From positions 164,963-228,962 of the forward strand of contig CAVSZL010000008.1 in the NCBI GenBank assembly GCA_963732435.1: a DNA stretch of 64,000 nucleotides. Reading direction: 5' to 3'. The notes below the pieces were generated by a model, which was given only the letters and a program-made list of their open reading frames with translations, was not told the DNA's origin and searched no databases. The first letter of the stretch is position 1, and the number at the start of each line of letters is the position of its first letter. The DNA is from an uncultured Bacteroidales bacterium. GTDB lineage: Bacteria; Bacteroidota; Bacteroidia; Bacteroidales; VadinHA17. This document shows, piece by piece, positions 38,491 to 47,348 of this stretch. A program made the translations under genes and the position numbers.

Positions 38491-40173
38491 ATGGCTGACG
38501 ATAATAAAATCATTTTTTCGATGTACCGGGTTGGGAAATCTTATCCTCCCCACAGACAAGTGCTTAAGGACATATCCCTTTCTTTTTTTCTGGGAGCAAA
38601 AATCGGGATAATAGGACTTAACGGCTCAGGGAAATCAACCGTTCTTAAGATTATCGCAGGTCTGGAAAAGGAATACCAGGGCGATGTGACTTTTCTTCCC
38701 GGATATACGGTCGGACATCTCTCACAGGATCCGCTTCTTGATGAAAACCGTACTGTACGAGAAATTGTTGAGGAAGGAGTGCAGGATATTCTTGAAATAA
38801 TAAAGGAATTTGAGAAGATCAACAATAGTTTCGGAGAGCCAGAGGTTTATGAGAATCCTGATAAGATGCAACAGCTGATGGACAGGCAGGCTGTTTTACA
38901 GGAAAAGATCGATTTCCACGATGGCTGGAATATTGAGCATAAACTTGAACGTGCTATGGACGCTCTGCGATGTCCCGAAAGCGGGGAGAGAGTAAGTGTT
39001 CTATCAGGGGGAGAACGCAGAAGGGTTGCTTTATGCAGACTGCTGCTGCAACAACCTGATGTCCTGCTGCTTGACGAACCTACAAATCACCTTGATGCTG
39101 AGTCGGTCCAATGGCTCGAAACAACACTTAAACAATATCATGGAACGGTAATCTGTATTACGCATGACCGCTATTTTCTTGATAATGTTGCAGGATGGAT
39201 CCTGGAACTTGACCGGGGTGAAGGAATACCCTGGAAAGGTAACTATTCTTCATGGCTTGAACAGAAAGCAAAAAGACTTGAAGTAGAAGAAAAGGGCAAT
39301 GTAAAAAGGAGAAAAATTCTTGAGAGAGAGTTGGAATGGGTGAGATTGTCTCCGAAAGCCCGGCATGCTAAATCCAAAGCAAGGCTCGGTGCATATGAAA
39401 ATCTTCTTAATCAGGATGTTAAACAAAAGGAAGATAAACTTGAGATTTTTATCCCCAATGGACCCAGGCTGGGTGATAAAGTAATTGAAGCAGGATCTGT
39501 TGCTAAATCTTTTGATGATAAACTGCTATTTGAAAATCTTGATTTTAGTCTTCCTCCGAACGGAATAGTCGGTGTTATCGGACCCAACGGCGCCGGCAAA
39601 ACAACTCTTTTCCGGATGATTATGGGACAGGAAAACCCATCTAACGGGACTTTTAAAATCGGGGAAACAGTAGTACTTGGCTACGTTGATCAGGCTCATT
39701 CTGAAATCGATCCTGCAAAAACTGTCTATGAAGTAATTTCAGGTGGTCAGAATGATGTGATGGTGGGAAACAGACTCGTTAATGCCAGGGCTTACGTGGC
39801 AAGGTTTAATTTCACAGGTGCTGATCAGGAAAAGAAATGCGGGATTCTCTCCGGGGGAGAACGAAACAGGTTGCACCTGGCTCTTACGCTAAAATCAGGT
39901 GCAAATGTTTTACTACTCGACGAACCTACAAATGATATTGATGTTAACACACTCAGGGCTCTTGAAGAGGGTCTCGAAAATTTTGCAGGATGTGCAGTAA
40001 TTATTTCTCACGATCGTTGGTTCCTTGACAGGGTAGCAACTCATATGATTGCTTTTGAAGGAAACTCAAAGGTTGTCTGGTTTGAAGGATCCTATTCGGA
40101 ATATGAAGAAAACTATAAGAAGCGCGTTGCCGATACAACCCCGGTCAGGATCAAATACAAGAAAATTAAATAA
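38491..40173 (+). CDS. ettA: Energy-dependent translational throttle protein EttA (ABC-F)
   Basis: Two ABC cassettes (GLNGSGKST / GPNGAGKTT, LSGGERRRVAL / LSGGERNRLHL) with the EttA-type N-terminus IFSMYRVGKSYPP and the inter-domain linker. Confidence 0.95.
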   Translation: MADDNKIIFSMYRVGKSYPPHRQVLKDISLSFFLGAKIGIIGLNGSGKSTVLKIIAGLEKEYQGDVTFLPGYTVGHLSQDPLLDENRTVREIVEEGVQDILEIIKEFEKINNSFGEPEVYENPDKMQQLMDRQAVLQEKIDFHDGWNIEHKLERAMDALRCPESGERVSVLSGGERRRVALCRLLLQQPDVLLLDEPTNHLDAESVQWLETTLKQYHGTVICITHDRYFLDNVAGWILELDRGEGIPWKGNYSSWLEQKAKRLEVEEKGNVKRRKILERELEWVRLSPKARHAKSKARLGAYENLLNQDVKQKEDKLEIFIPNGPRLGDKVIEAGSVAKSFDDKLLFENLDFSLPPNGIVGVIGPNGAGKTTLFRMIMGQENPSNGTFKIGETVVLGYVDQAHSEIDPAKTVYEVISGGQNDVMVGNRLVNARAYVARFNFTGADQEKKCGILSGGERNRLHLALTLKSGANVLLLDEPTNDIDVNTLRALEEGLENFAGCAVIISHDRWFLDRVATHMIAFEGNSKVVWFEGSYSEYEENYKKRVADTTPVRIKYKKIK

Positions 40174-40175
40174 AA

Positions 40176-40206
40176 ATGGCCTGATCAATGATTTCGATCA
40201 GGCCAT
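40176..40206. terminator. Perfect 11-bp stem bidirectional terminator
   Basis: ATGGCCTGATC-aatgatttc-GATCAGGCCAT between the convergent ettA and thioredoxin-fold genes. Confidence 0.75.
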
Positions 40207-40215
40207 CTGTGATAA

Positions 40216-40821
40216 TTATTTCTTCCACTTAATTGTACATCCTATTGCTTTCGTGTTGCTTACAGGTACTTTTTCTTCCTTCATAAGGGCATATATTGCA
40301 TCGGCAACATATCTCTTATCAGCATTAGCAGCATTGTCAGCATTATTGTCAATTGCACCTACATACTCAACTTTAAGTTTATCGTCATTTTTCGACAACA
40401 GATAAACATGTGGTGTATTAGTAGCCCCAAAACTCCTTGCAACCTCCTGGTTTTCATCATAAAGGTATTCAAAAGAGAAGCCTTTTTCTTTAGCTGCCTT
40501 TTGCATTGCTTCATATGAATCACCCGGAGAGACTCCTTTGTCGTTACTGTTTATTGCAACAACAGGATAGCCCTTGCTGCTGAACTCTTTATGAAGATCC
40601 TTTATTCTTTCTTCATATTTAATAACAACAGGACAAGTATTACATGAAAATACAACAATAAATCCCTTTGCATCAGTTGCCTTTGAAAGAGAATACATTT
40701 CACCTTTAGTGTTTTTAAGACTAAAGTCAGCTACATTATCCCCTGCTTTATAAGGACCCACTGCATTGATTGCAGAGGTTGCCATTAACAATACTGTTAA
40801 ACTGAATATTAACTTTTTCAT
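40216..40821 (-). CDS. Secreted thioredoxin-fold protein (redoxin/AhpC-TSA-like, CxxC = CNTC)
   Basis: Signal peptide. Motifs FSCNTCPVV, NTPHVYLL, and a C-terminal GCTIKWKK. Confidence 0.8.
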   Translation of the reverse strand: MKKLIFSLTVLLMATSAINAVGPYKAGDNVADFSLKNTKGEMYSLSKATDAKGFIVVFSCNTCPVVIKYEERIKDLHKEFSSKGYPVVAINSNDKGVSPGDSYEAMQKAAKEKGFSFEYLYDENQEVARSFGATNTPHVYLLSKNDDKLKVEYVGAIDNNADNAANADKRYVADAIYALMKEEKVPVSNTKAIGCTIKWKK

Positions 40822-40856
40822 GATATCAATTTTTAGTTTAATAATTAAAGAACCTG

Positions 40857-41348
40857 TTATAATAATTTGTTAATTATGCTTTTAAGTTCTGCTTCGTTTA
40901 GTTCTCCTGCATGGAAATGACGTAATTTAAGCGAATTGTTAAAAACAATTGTTGCCGGGATATTACCTTCCCAGGATGCATCAACTTTATCAATCCATGA
41001 ATTGTAATCCAGATCGGTCATTACTGCAACATCGAGCAGCACTTTGTTTTTCTTAAGAAAAGGAATCAGCTGTTTTTCTATCTGGCTGGGAAAATCAAGA
41101 CTTATAAGAATAAATTTTACCTTTGATGGATCATATTCCTTTGCAACACTCTGAAAATAAGGTAATTCCTTTACACATGGAGGACACCATGTTGCCCAGA
41201 AATTAACCACATGTAACTTATTATCAGGATTCTTTATGATTTTCTCCAGATCTGGGATTTTCAGGTATTCGATTTTTTGCCCTGATAATCCATTAAATGA
41301 AGCACTTAGGAGTACTATTACAGTATTGATTAAGATTTTTTTTAACAT
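40857..41348 (-). CDS. TlpA-family thiol-disulfide oxidoreductase
   Basis: Signal peptide and FWATWCPPCVKELP active site. 163 aa. Confidence 0.85.
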   Translation of the reverse strand: MLKKILINTVIVLLSASFNGLSGQKIEYLKIPDLEKIIKNPDNKLHVVNFWATWCPPCVKELPYFQSVAKEYDPSKVKFILISLDFPSQIEKQLIPFLKKNKVLLDVAVMTDLDYNSWIDKVDASWEGNIPATIVFNNSLKLRHFHAGELNEAELKSIINKLL

Positions 41349-41649
41349 GCTATCTCCTTTTTAAATGAAAACAATCAAAATCCGCATAGGTTCATTTGTT
41401 AAAGAACAGCCAATAGTCAGAGAGCTAAAGGAAAACATCATAAATTACAAATGTATTCTTATATAATGTTGAATATCAGAAAAATGAACCTTAGTGTTAA
41501 AAATTCATAATATTCATCTTATGTTCAGTCTATAAGAAGTACTTGTTGACTGCAATGCAATAAACAAAAGAGATTTATCGTTTGTTATACTCTACTGATT
41601 GTTCGATAAAGATCATTTTATTTGTTTTATAACCTGTAATACACCTTAT

Positions 41650-43302
41650 ATGCTCAATTTAGATCCATTTACAGGGAACCTGGGTGAAAAAAATGCCGCC
41701 CATCTTTTACGAAGGTCCACTTTTGGACCGACTATTGATGATATCAAATCCTTTTCAGGCAAAACAGTGTCCCAGGCTCTTGATATTTTATTTACCCGGC
41801 AACCCTTGCCAGTTCCCCCGGTTGATCCTAAAACAGGCTCAACCTGGCTAAATCCAAAAGCTGTTTTGAATGTAAATAGCGAAGACAGTTTGTTAGTAGA
41901 TTATTTTATAGCCTGGCACCTTGATCAGATGCGCACTTCAGGAACTAACATCTGCGAACGGATCGTATACTTTCTCCACTCTCATCTGCCTACCCGACGG
42001 TCGGTTGTTGAGAGTAGTGAAGCAATGTATTACCAGAATTGTCTTTTCAGGTATTATGCTTTTGGAAGTTTTAAAGAGTTGTTTAAAAAAATATGTATCG
42101 ATAATGCCATGCTGGTCTATATTGATGGAAGGTTAAACATTAATCAGTGGCCAAACGAAAACTTTGCCCGGGAGATGCTTGAGCTCTATTCCATTGGAAA
42201 GGGTCCACAGATTGGAGATGGAAATTATACGAATTTTACTGAACAGGATATTAAGGAGGCTGCCCGGGTTCTCTCAGGTTATAAAAACGATATAACATTC
42301 ACAAATATTGATACCGAAACAAATATTCCTATAGGCAAACTTGAATTGAATGGTACAAGAGCAATATTGCATGATGCTGGTAAAAAGACATTTAGCGCTG
42401 CATTTCAAAATATGGCGATTGAACCTTCCGCAACCGATGGTGGTTATGCAACTGCAACAGCGGCTAAAGAAGAATTAAGTGTAATGATCGATATGATATT
42501 CAACCAGGAGGAGACAGCCCGATTCCTTTGCAGAAAACTTTATCGTTTTTTCGTTTATTACGATATTACTCCTGAAATAGAAACCAAAATAATAATTCCT
42601 CTGGCACAATCCTTTAAATCAGGAGGATATAATCTGAAATCAGTAATTTCCGAATTGTTATCGAGCAAACATTTTTATGATGCAGATAATGCATTAACAA
42701 TTGATAATAATATTGGTGCTATAATAAAGTCCCCAATTGAACTGACATTAGGAGGTTTACGTTTTTTTAACGTTCAGTTTCCTCCTGCTTCCGGTCAGAG
42801 CTTTTATGATGATGGCTATATAAACGGTGTAACAAAACTAATTTATGATCAGGGCCTTGAATTTTATGAACCGTACGATGTTGCCGGATATGATGCCTAT
42901 TTTCAGGTCCCTGGTTATAACAGGAATTGGATAACACCAGTAAACCTTGCTAACAGATATCTTTTTTCCCAGCGGTTAATAGAAAACATTAACAGGGGAG
43001 AGACAGGTGCTGTTATACGAGCTGATCTTCTAGCTTTTGTAGATAACCCCAGGTATGTTGCAAATCCGTCAGATGCATTATCTGTTGTGAAAGCACTTAC
43101 CGATTACTTATTAGCCGTTGAAATAAATGGTGACAGGTTAAACTATTTTCTGAATACAATTTTTCTTGAAAGTCTGGCAGCTTATAACTGGACGAATGAA
43201 TGGAATGCCTATAAGGCGGGTGGAAGTGATGCAGTAGTAAAAGTACGCCTCGAAACCCTGGTTTCCAAGATAATCCAGACTCCGGAATTTCAATTGTTTT
43301 AA
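41650..43302 (+). CDS. DUF1800 domain protein
   Basis: AAHLLRRSTFGP near the N-terminus, REMLELYSIGKG, and an ending of ...IQTPEFQLF are DUF1800 hallmarks. The ATG at 41650 is preferred over the listed TTG at 41599. Confidence 0.75.
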   Translation: MLNLDPFTGNLGEKNAAHLLRRSTFGPTIDDIKSFSGKTVSQALDILFTRQPLPVPPVDPKTGSTWLNPKAVLNVNSEDSLLVDYFIAWHLDQMRTSGTNICERIVYFLHSHLPTRRSVVESSEAMYYQNCLFRYYAFGSFKELFKKICIDNAMLVYIDGRLNINQWPNENFAREMLELYSIGKGPQIGDGNYTNFTEQDIKEAARVLSGYKNDITFTNIDTETNIPIGKLELNGTRAILHDAGKKTFSAAFQNMAIEPSATDGGYATATAAKEELSVMIDMIFNQEETARFLCRKLYRFFVYYDITPEIETKIIIPLAQSFKSGGYNLKSVISELLSSKHFYDADNALTIDNNIGAIIKSPIELTLGGLRFFNVQFPPASGQSFYDDGYINGVTKLIYDQGLEFYEPYDVAGYDAYFQVPGYNRNWITPVNLANRYLFSQRLIENINRGETGAVIRADLLAFVDNPRYVANPSDALSVVKALTDYLLAVEINGDRLNYFLNTIFLESLAAYNWTNEWNAYKAGGSDAVVKVRLETLVSKIIQTPEFQLF

Positions 43303-43319
43303 TTAATAACGAGAAAAAT

Positions 43320-44969
43320 ATGGACCGACGATATTTTCTTAAAAACTCTGCATTATTAGGTGCCGGTGGTATTATGTTAGGAGGTCTTCCAGTCAGATTA
43401 CTGGAAAATAATCCTGATCTCGAACAGGCAGCTTTGGCCGCAACTAATGAAAATATTCTTATTTTAATACAGCTTCATGGTGGAAATGACGGGCTAAACT
43501 GCATTATACCAATCAATCAGTATAGCACATATTTACAACTGCGGCCGAATATTGCTATTCCAAACCAGGGATCACGTCAGTTAATAAACCTCGATACAAC
43601 TCTTCTGCTTGACGACCAGGTAGGAATACATCCTGATATGATCGCCTTCAAGCAAATGTACGAGCAGGGACTCTCATCAGTTGTTCCTAATGTAGGATTC
43701 GAAGATATGAACCTGTCTCATTTTCGTGGCAGGGATATAATGTTCATGGGTGGCGGATCAGGAGACTATTTTAACTCAGGATGGATGGGCAGGTTAATGG
43801 ATTATAACTATCCGGGTTACCCGATAAGTTATCCTAACTCAACAATGCGTGATCCTATTGCTCTTGAGATTGGAAACTCAATGTCACTTGCTTTTCATAG
43901 GGAAAACGGAATACCAATCGGTTTCAGTATCGATAGTCCTGAAGCCTTTTATAATCTTATTAACGGAGTCGGAGCTGCACCTCCAATTGCTTTCCCCGAA
44001 AGTCATGCCGGTGAAGAATTACGTTATCTGATGGAATTTGAAAAGAAAAGTAATCAGTATGCTTCCCGGCTTAAGGAAGTTTATGCAAATGGTTCTAACA
44101 CATCATCAGTTATATATCCATCAACATATCCCTTCAGTGCACCGCTTACAGCTATTTCAAATCCGCTTTCCGGTCAGCTGCGCCTGATTGCCCGGTTGCT
44201 GAAAGGAGGTTGCAAAACCCGCATATTTATGTGCCGGATTGGCGGTTTTGATACCCATGCGAACCAGGTTGAAAAATTTGACACCACAATGGGTACTCAT
44301 GCTGCACTTGTTTATCATCTTTTTGGTGCGATAAAGGCTTTTTACGATGATCTTAAAGGACTTGGTATCGATGACAGAGTTTTATCTATGACTTTTACAG
44401 AATTCGGAAGAAGGGTGTATTCAAATGCCAGCTACGGATCAGATCATGGTACGGCATTCCCGATATTTTTATTCGGAAAAGGATTAAAACAGGGTATCGG
44501 AGGTAAGAACCCGAACCTTTCTGACCTGAGTGGCGGAAATCTCAAATATAAGGTGGACTACAGGCAGGTTTATACATCAGTGGTTCAGGATTGGTTTGGA
44601 GCTTCTGATGAAGCTCTTACGGCAACAAAATTTAATGCATGGCTCGACAAGAAGCTGAGTTTGTTCAAAGCCACAGGAATAGAAGATCTGTCTACTGATA
44701 ATGAATCATCAGTTCTATATGACTGTATACCTAATCCGGCAATTGATATTGTCAGGTTTTCCTTTTATCTAAATCATAGTTCAAATGTAAAGCTTACACT
44801 TTTTGATATAAAGGGAAAAAAGATTGCGGTTATAATGAATGAAAAGGGCTATTATGGAAAGACAGAAGTATCATATAATGTTTCACCCTTCCCTGCAGGT
44901 ATATATATTTACCAGATTGAAACGCCTGAGTTCCGGGATGCAAAAAAGCTTGTAATAAGTAAGTATTAG
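43320..44969 (+). CDS. DUF1501 domain protein (sulfatase/phosphatase-like fold) with a twin-arginine leader and a T9SS C-terminal sorting domain
   Basis: MDRRYFLKNSALLGAGG matches the Tat motif (S/T)RRxFLK. The DUF1501 core has GGFDTHANQ and FGRR...GSDHG. The last 80 or so aa (IPNPAIDIVRFSFYLN...VKLTLFDIKGKKI...AGIYIYQIE...KKLVISKY) look like a type A Por/T9SS CTD. Confidence 0.8.
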   Translation: MDRRYFLKNSALLGAGGIMLGGLPVRLLENNPDLEQAALAATNENILILIQLHGGNDGLNCIIPINQYSTYLQLRPNIAIPNQGSRQLINLDTTLLLDDQVGIHPDMIAFKQMYEQGLSSVVPNVGFEDMNLSHFRGRDIMFMGGGSGDYFNSGWMGRLMDYNYPGYPISYPNSTMRDPIALEIGNSMSLAFHRENGIPIGFSIDSPEAFYNLINGVGAAPPIAFPESHAGEELRYLMEFEKKSNQYASRLKEVYANGSNTSSVIYPSTYPFSAPLTAISNPLSGQLRLIARLLKGGCKTRIFMCRIGGFDTHANQVEKFDTTMGTHAALVYHLFGAIKAFYDDLKGLGIDDRVLSMTFTEFGRRVYSNASYGSDHGTAFPIFLFGKGLKQGIGGKNPNLSDLSGGNLKYKVDYRQVYTSVVQDWFGASDEALTATKFNAWLDKKLSLFKATGIEDLSTDNESSVLYDCIPNPAIDIVRFSFYLNHSSNVKLTLFDIKGKKIAVIMNEKGYYGKTEVSYNVSPFPAGIYIYQIETPEFRDAKKLVISKY

Positions 44970-44971
44970 GC

Positions 44972-46186
44972 CTAAAGCTTTTCAGGTGGTATCTTAAATA
45001 ATTGCAGACGTGAGAACCGTCCGGCAATATAAGTATGGGTCAGAACTGCCAACCCCCCTTCTTTGGTGGCAATAGTCGAAGCAAGAGTTAAAGGGTACGA
45101 ACTTCCAAAATATCTTGAGTTTTTAAGTAATCCGGTTTCCGGATCGAAAAACAATAATAATACCTGGTTTGAACGGGTTATAGTACTAACTATAATTGAT
45201 ACTTTACCGTTTATTGTTGTTTTCAAAGGTTTAACAATTGCATGATTATCTACCTCCGGCCAGCTGGCTCCGCCCATTGCTGTAATATTGGAAATTGAAG
45301 TAAATGAAAGAACCGGTTTGCTGTTAATATAGTTCTGATTTTCATCATACCTTGAAAGTATATAACTGCTGTCGTTACGCTGAATAAGAGAACTGGCTGC
45401 AGCACTGTAAGGAATGCCATTTATAACACCTGTCATTGAACCGTTCTGGGGATTTATGAAAAGCAGGGAGAATACGAAATTATAAAAGCCATTAACAAAA
45501 TAGTAAGCAGATGTTTTGGTCCTTATTTCTCCGACAAAAAAAGGAATATTATCTCCCTGGTGTGTAAGATGAAGTCTTACTTTTTCTTCATAGTTTTCGA
45601 TACCTGGGTATTCTTTACTCCACAGAATTGAAAAATTGAAATCAAAACATGTCAGAACGGTGCTTCTCGTAATCCTGTTATAACTGGTTAACAGAATTTT
45701 GTTGTCTGATGTTTGTGTTGCAAACAGTGGGTATGTAAATTGTGTGAATGATTTATGCAGGGAAGGAGGTGATCCGTCTGTATTTATTTTTAATAAGTGT
45801 GTCCCTAAAGAGTTGTCCATGCAGAAAAAGTAATACCCACCATTTGATGCAATTATTCCCGGTACAGGACTTGTATAATTTTCTGTCTCAACTTTCCAGA
45901 GTATTTCACCCTCCCTGTTTGTTGATATTAAATAAGGAACAGGCCATACAGTTGTATCTATTTTACTTGAAGCCAGGATTATAAAATTATTGTCAGGTAA
46001 TTCTGCTACATCAACCGAATAAAAAAGCCTGTTAAAATCAGAGTGGTCGTATACTTTTACCCAATTTTCATCAGGTGCCATCTCTGTATTTTTCGAACAC
46101 CGGGTAAGGAGTATAATCAGCAGGACAAGTACTATGAAATTGGAATATTGATTGTTAAAGGATATTATATTTATTTTGAATTTCAT
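44972..46186 (-). CDS. Hypothetical lipoprotein, beta-rich (propeller-like)
   Basis: Leader ending LLTRCS (lipobox). 404 aa with repetitive beta-strand character. No recognisable catalytic motif. Confidence 0.45.
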   Translation of the reverse strand: MKFKINIISFNNQYSNFIVLVLLIILLTRCSKNTEMAPDENWVKVYDHSDFNRLFYSVDVAELPDNNFIILASSKIDTTVWPVPYLISTNREGEILWKVETENYTSPVPGIIASNGGYYFFCMDNSLGTHLLKINTDGSPPSLHKSFTQFTYPLFATQTSDNKILLTSYNRITRSTVLTCFDFNFSILWSKEYPGIENYEEKVRLHLTHQGDNIPFFVGEIRTKTSAYYFVNGFYNFVFSLLFINPQNGSMTGVINGIPYSAAASSLIQRNDSSYILSRYDENQNYINSKPVLSFTSISNITAMGGASWPEVDNHAIVKPLKTTINGKVSIIVSTITRSNQVLLLFFDPETGLLKNSRYFGSSYPLTLASTIATKEGGLAVLTHTYIAGRFSRLQLFKIPPEKL

Positions 46187-46213
46187 ATGCTGGTCTCCTG
46201 GTTTAATGACTGA

Positions 46214-47092
46214 TCAGTTACGACAAACAAGTTTCGATTTGGAAGGCTTATTCAGCGGAAACAGGATACCAATATTAACTGAAGGTATGATAAACCTGAT
46301 ATTGTCCTGGATGTCGTACAATCCACTGGTATATTGCTGGTTAGAATATCGTCCGGATTCGTTGGCTACTGAGTTTATTCCAAAATTCAGATTAATGTCA
46401 AAAGTTAGATGAACAGAAGAAAAATCGTAGTCAATTCCTATTCCGGCATTGAAACCATACCGGGATTTTACATAAAGTAATCTGGCATCACCTGTCTGCT
46501 GTTCCGAGTTCAATGTCGAGGAACCTGTGGTATTTGAATAAGTCTCAGTCTTTTCAGAACTCTTAATTGCATTCAAAAGAAAACCATAGTAAATTCCACC
46601 CTGTATAAAAGGTTTGGCAGTGCCTGACCCGTAGAGGTATCGTAAAGTAATCGGAATCTCAAGATAATTTAGCGAATGACGGTGTTTTATGCTCATATCA
46701 ATTCTTTCTGCATCACTCCCGCTGCTTATCCAGGAATATTCGGTCTGGTATTTATAGACATAAGTTGTAAAATTAGGTTCAATGCGAATATCAAGCGATT
46801 CCTTAAGTTTATATAGGGCCGTAAAAGCATACTGATAACCAATGTTCTGATAAAAAGGTTTGTATGTTTTTGTACCAGATTGAGAAATAGCATTATCAAG
46901 GGGATTTACCACATTGAACTTTTGCAGAACTATTGGCTGTACAAAAGTAAGACCACCTTTGGCCCCGACCATAAATTTACTCTCTCTTGAATTTGCAGAA
47001 CCTGAAGAAATGGTATTTCCAGGAACCCTGGCTAAACAAATAGTATTAAGTATAAAATTGATTAAAACTAATAGTGTCAGATTCTTCATCAA
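46214..47092 (-). CDS. Outer membrane beta-barrel protein (porin-family / OMP_b-brl_2-like)
   Basis: Signal peptide. Alternating Y/G/F beta-strand pattern (YGFNAGIGIDYDF, LNFGIN). About 290 aa. Confidence 0.6.
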   Translation of the reverse strand: MMKNLTLLVLINFILNTICLARVPGNTISSGSANSRESKFMVGAKGGLTFVQPIVLQKFNVVNPLDNAISQSGTKTYKPFYQNIGYQYAFTALYKLKESLDIRIEPNFTTYVYKYQTEYSWISSGSDAERIDMSIKHRHSLNYLEIPITLRYLYGSGTAKPFIQGGIYYGFLLNAIKSSEKTETYSNTTGSSTLNSEQQTGDARLLYVKSRYGFNAGIGIDYDFSSVHLTFDINLNFGINSVANESGRYSNQQYTSGLYDIQDNIRFIIPSVNIGILFPLNKPSKSKLVCRN

Positions 47093-47348
47093 ATAGGTCT
47101 TACAATCAACATACAGGATCGATTAGCTTTAATAACGATAAAACAACATAATTTGTTGTTTTGTTCAGGTTGCCTGAATGATAATATTTGTGGAAAAAAT
47201 TTATGACGCAAAACTTATTGGTTCAGCGTTAAGTCGATTAAGAATAGATTGAGAAAGAAAATTTTAAATTTGTGCTTTATGCCGGATCAGAAAGATCTGA
47301 TCATTTATTGAAACGTTTGGACCAGTATCTCTAGAAATTTTATTCATT

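Noticed and set aside
38374-38559. The upstream 62 codons of the listed 138-aa minus-strand ORF.
   Set aside because: The extension has no signal or family features and overlaps the ettA start region. The internal ATG at 38373 yields a lipoprotein leader colinear with the paralog at 37298..37537.
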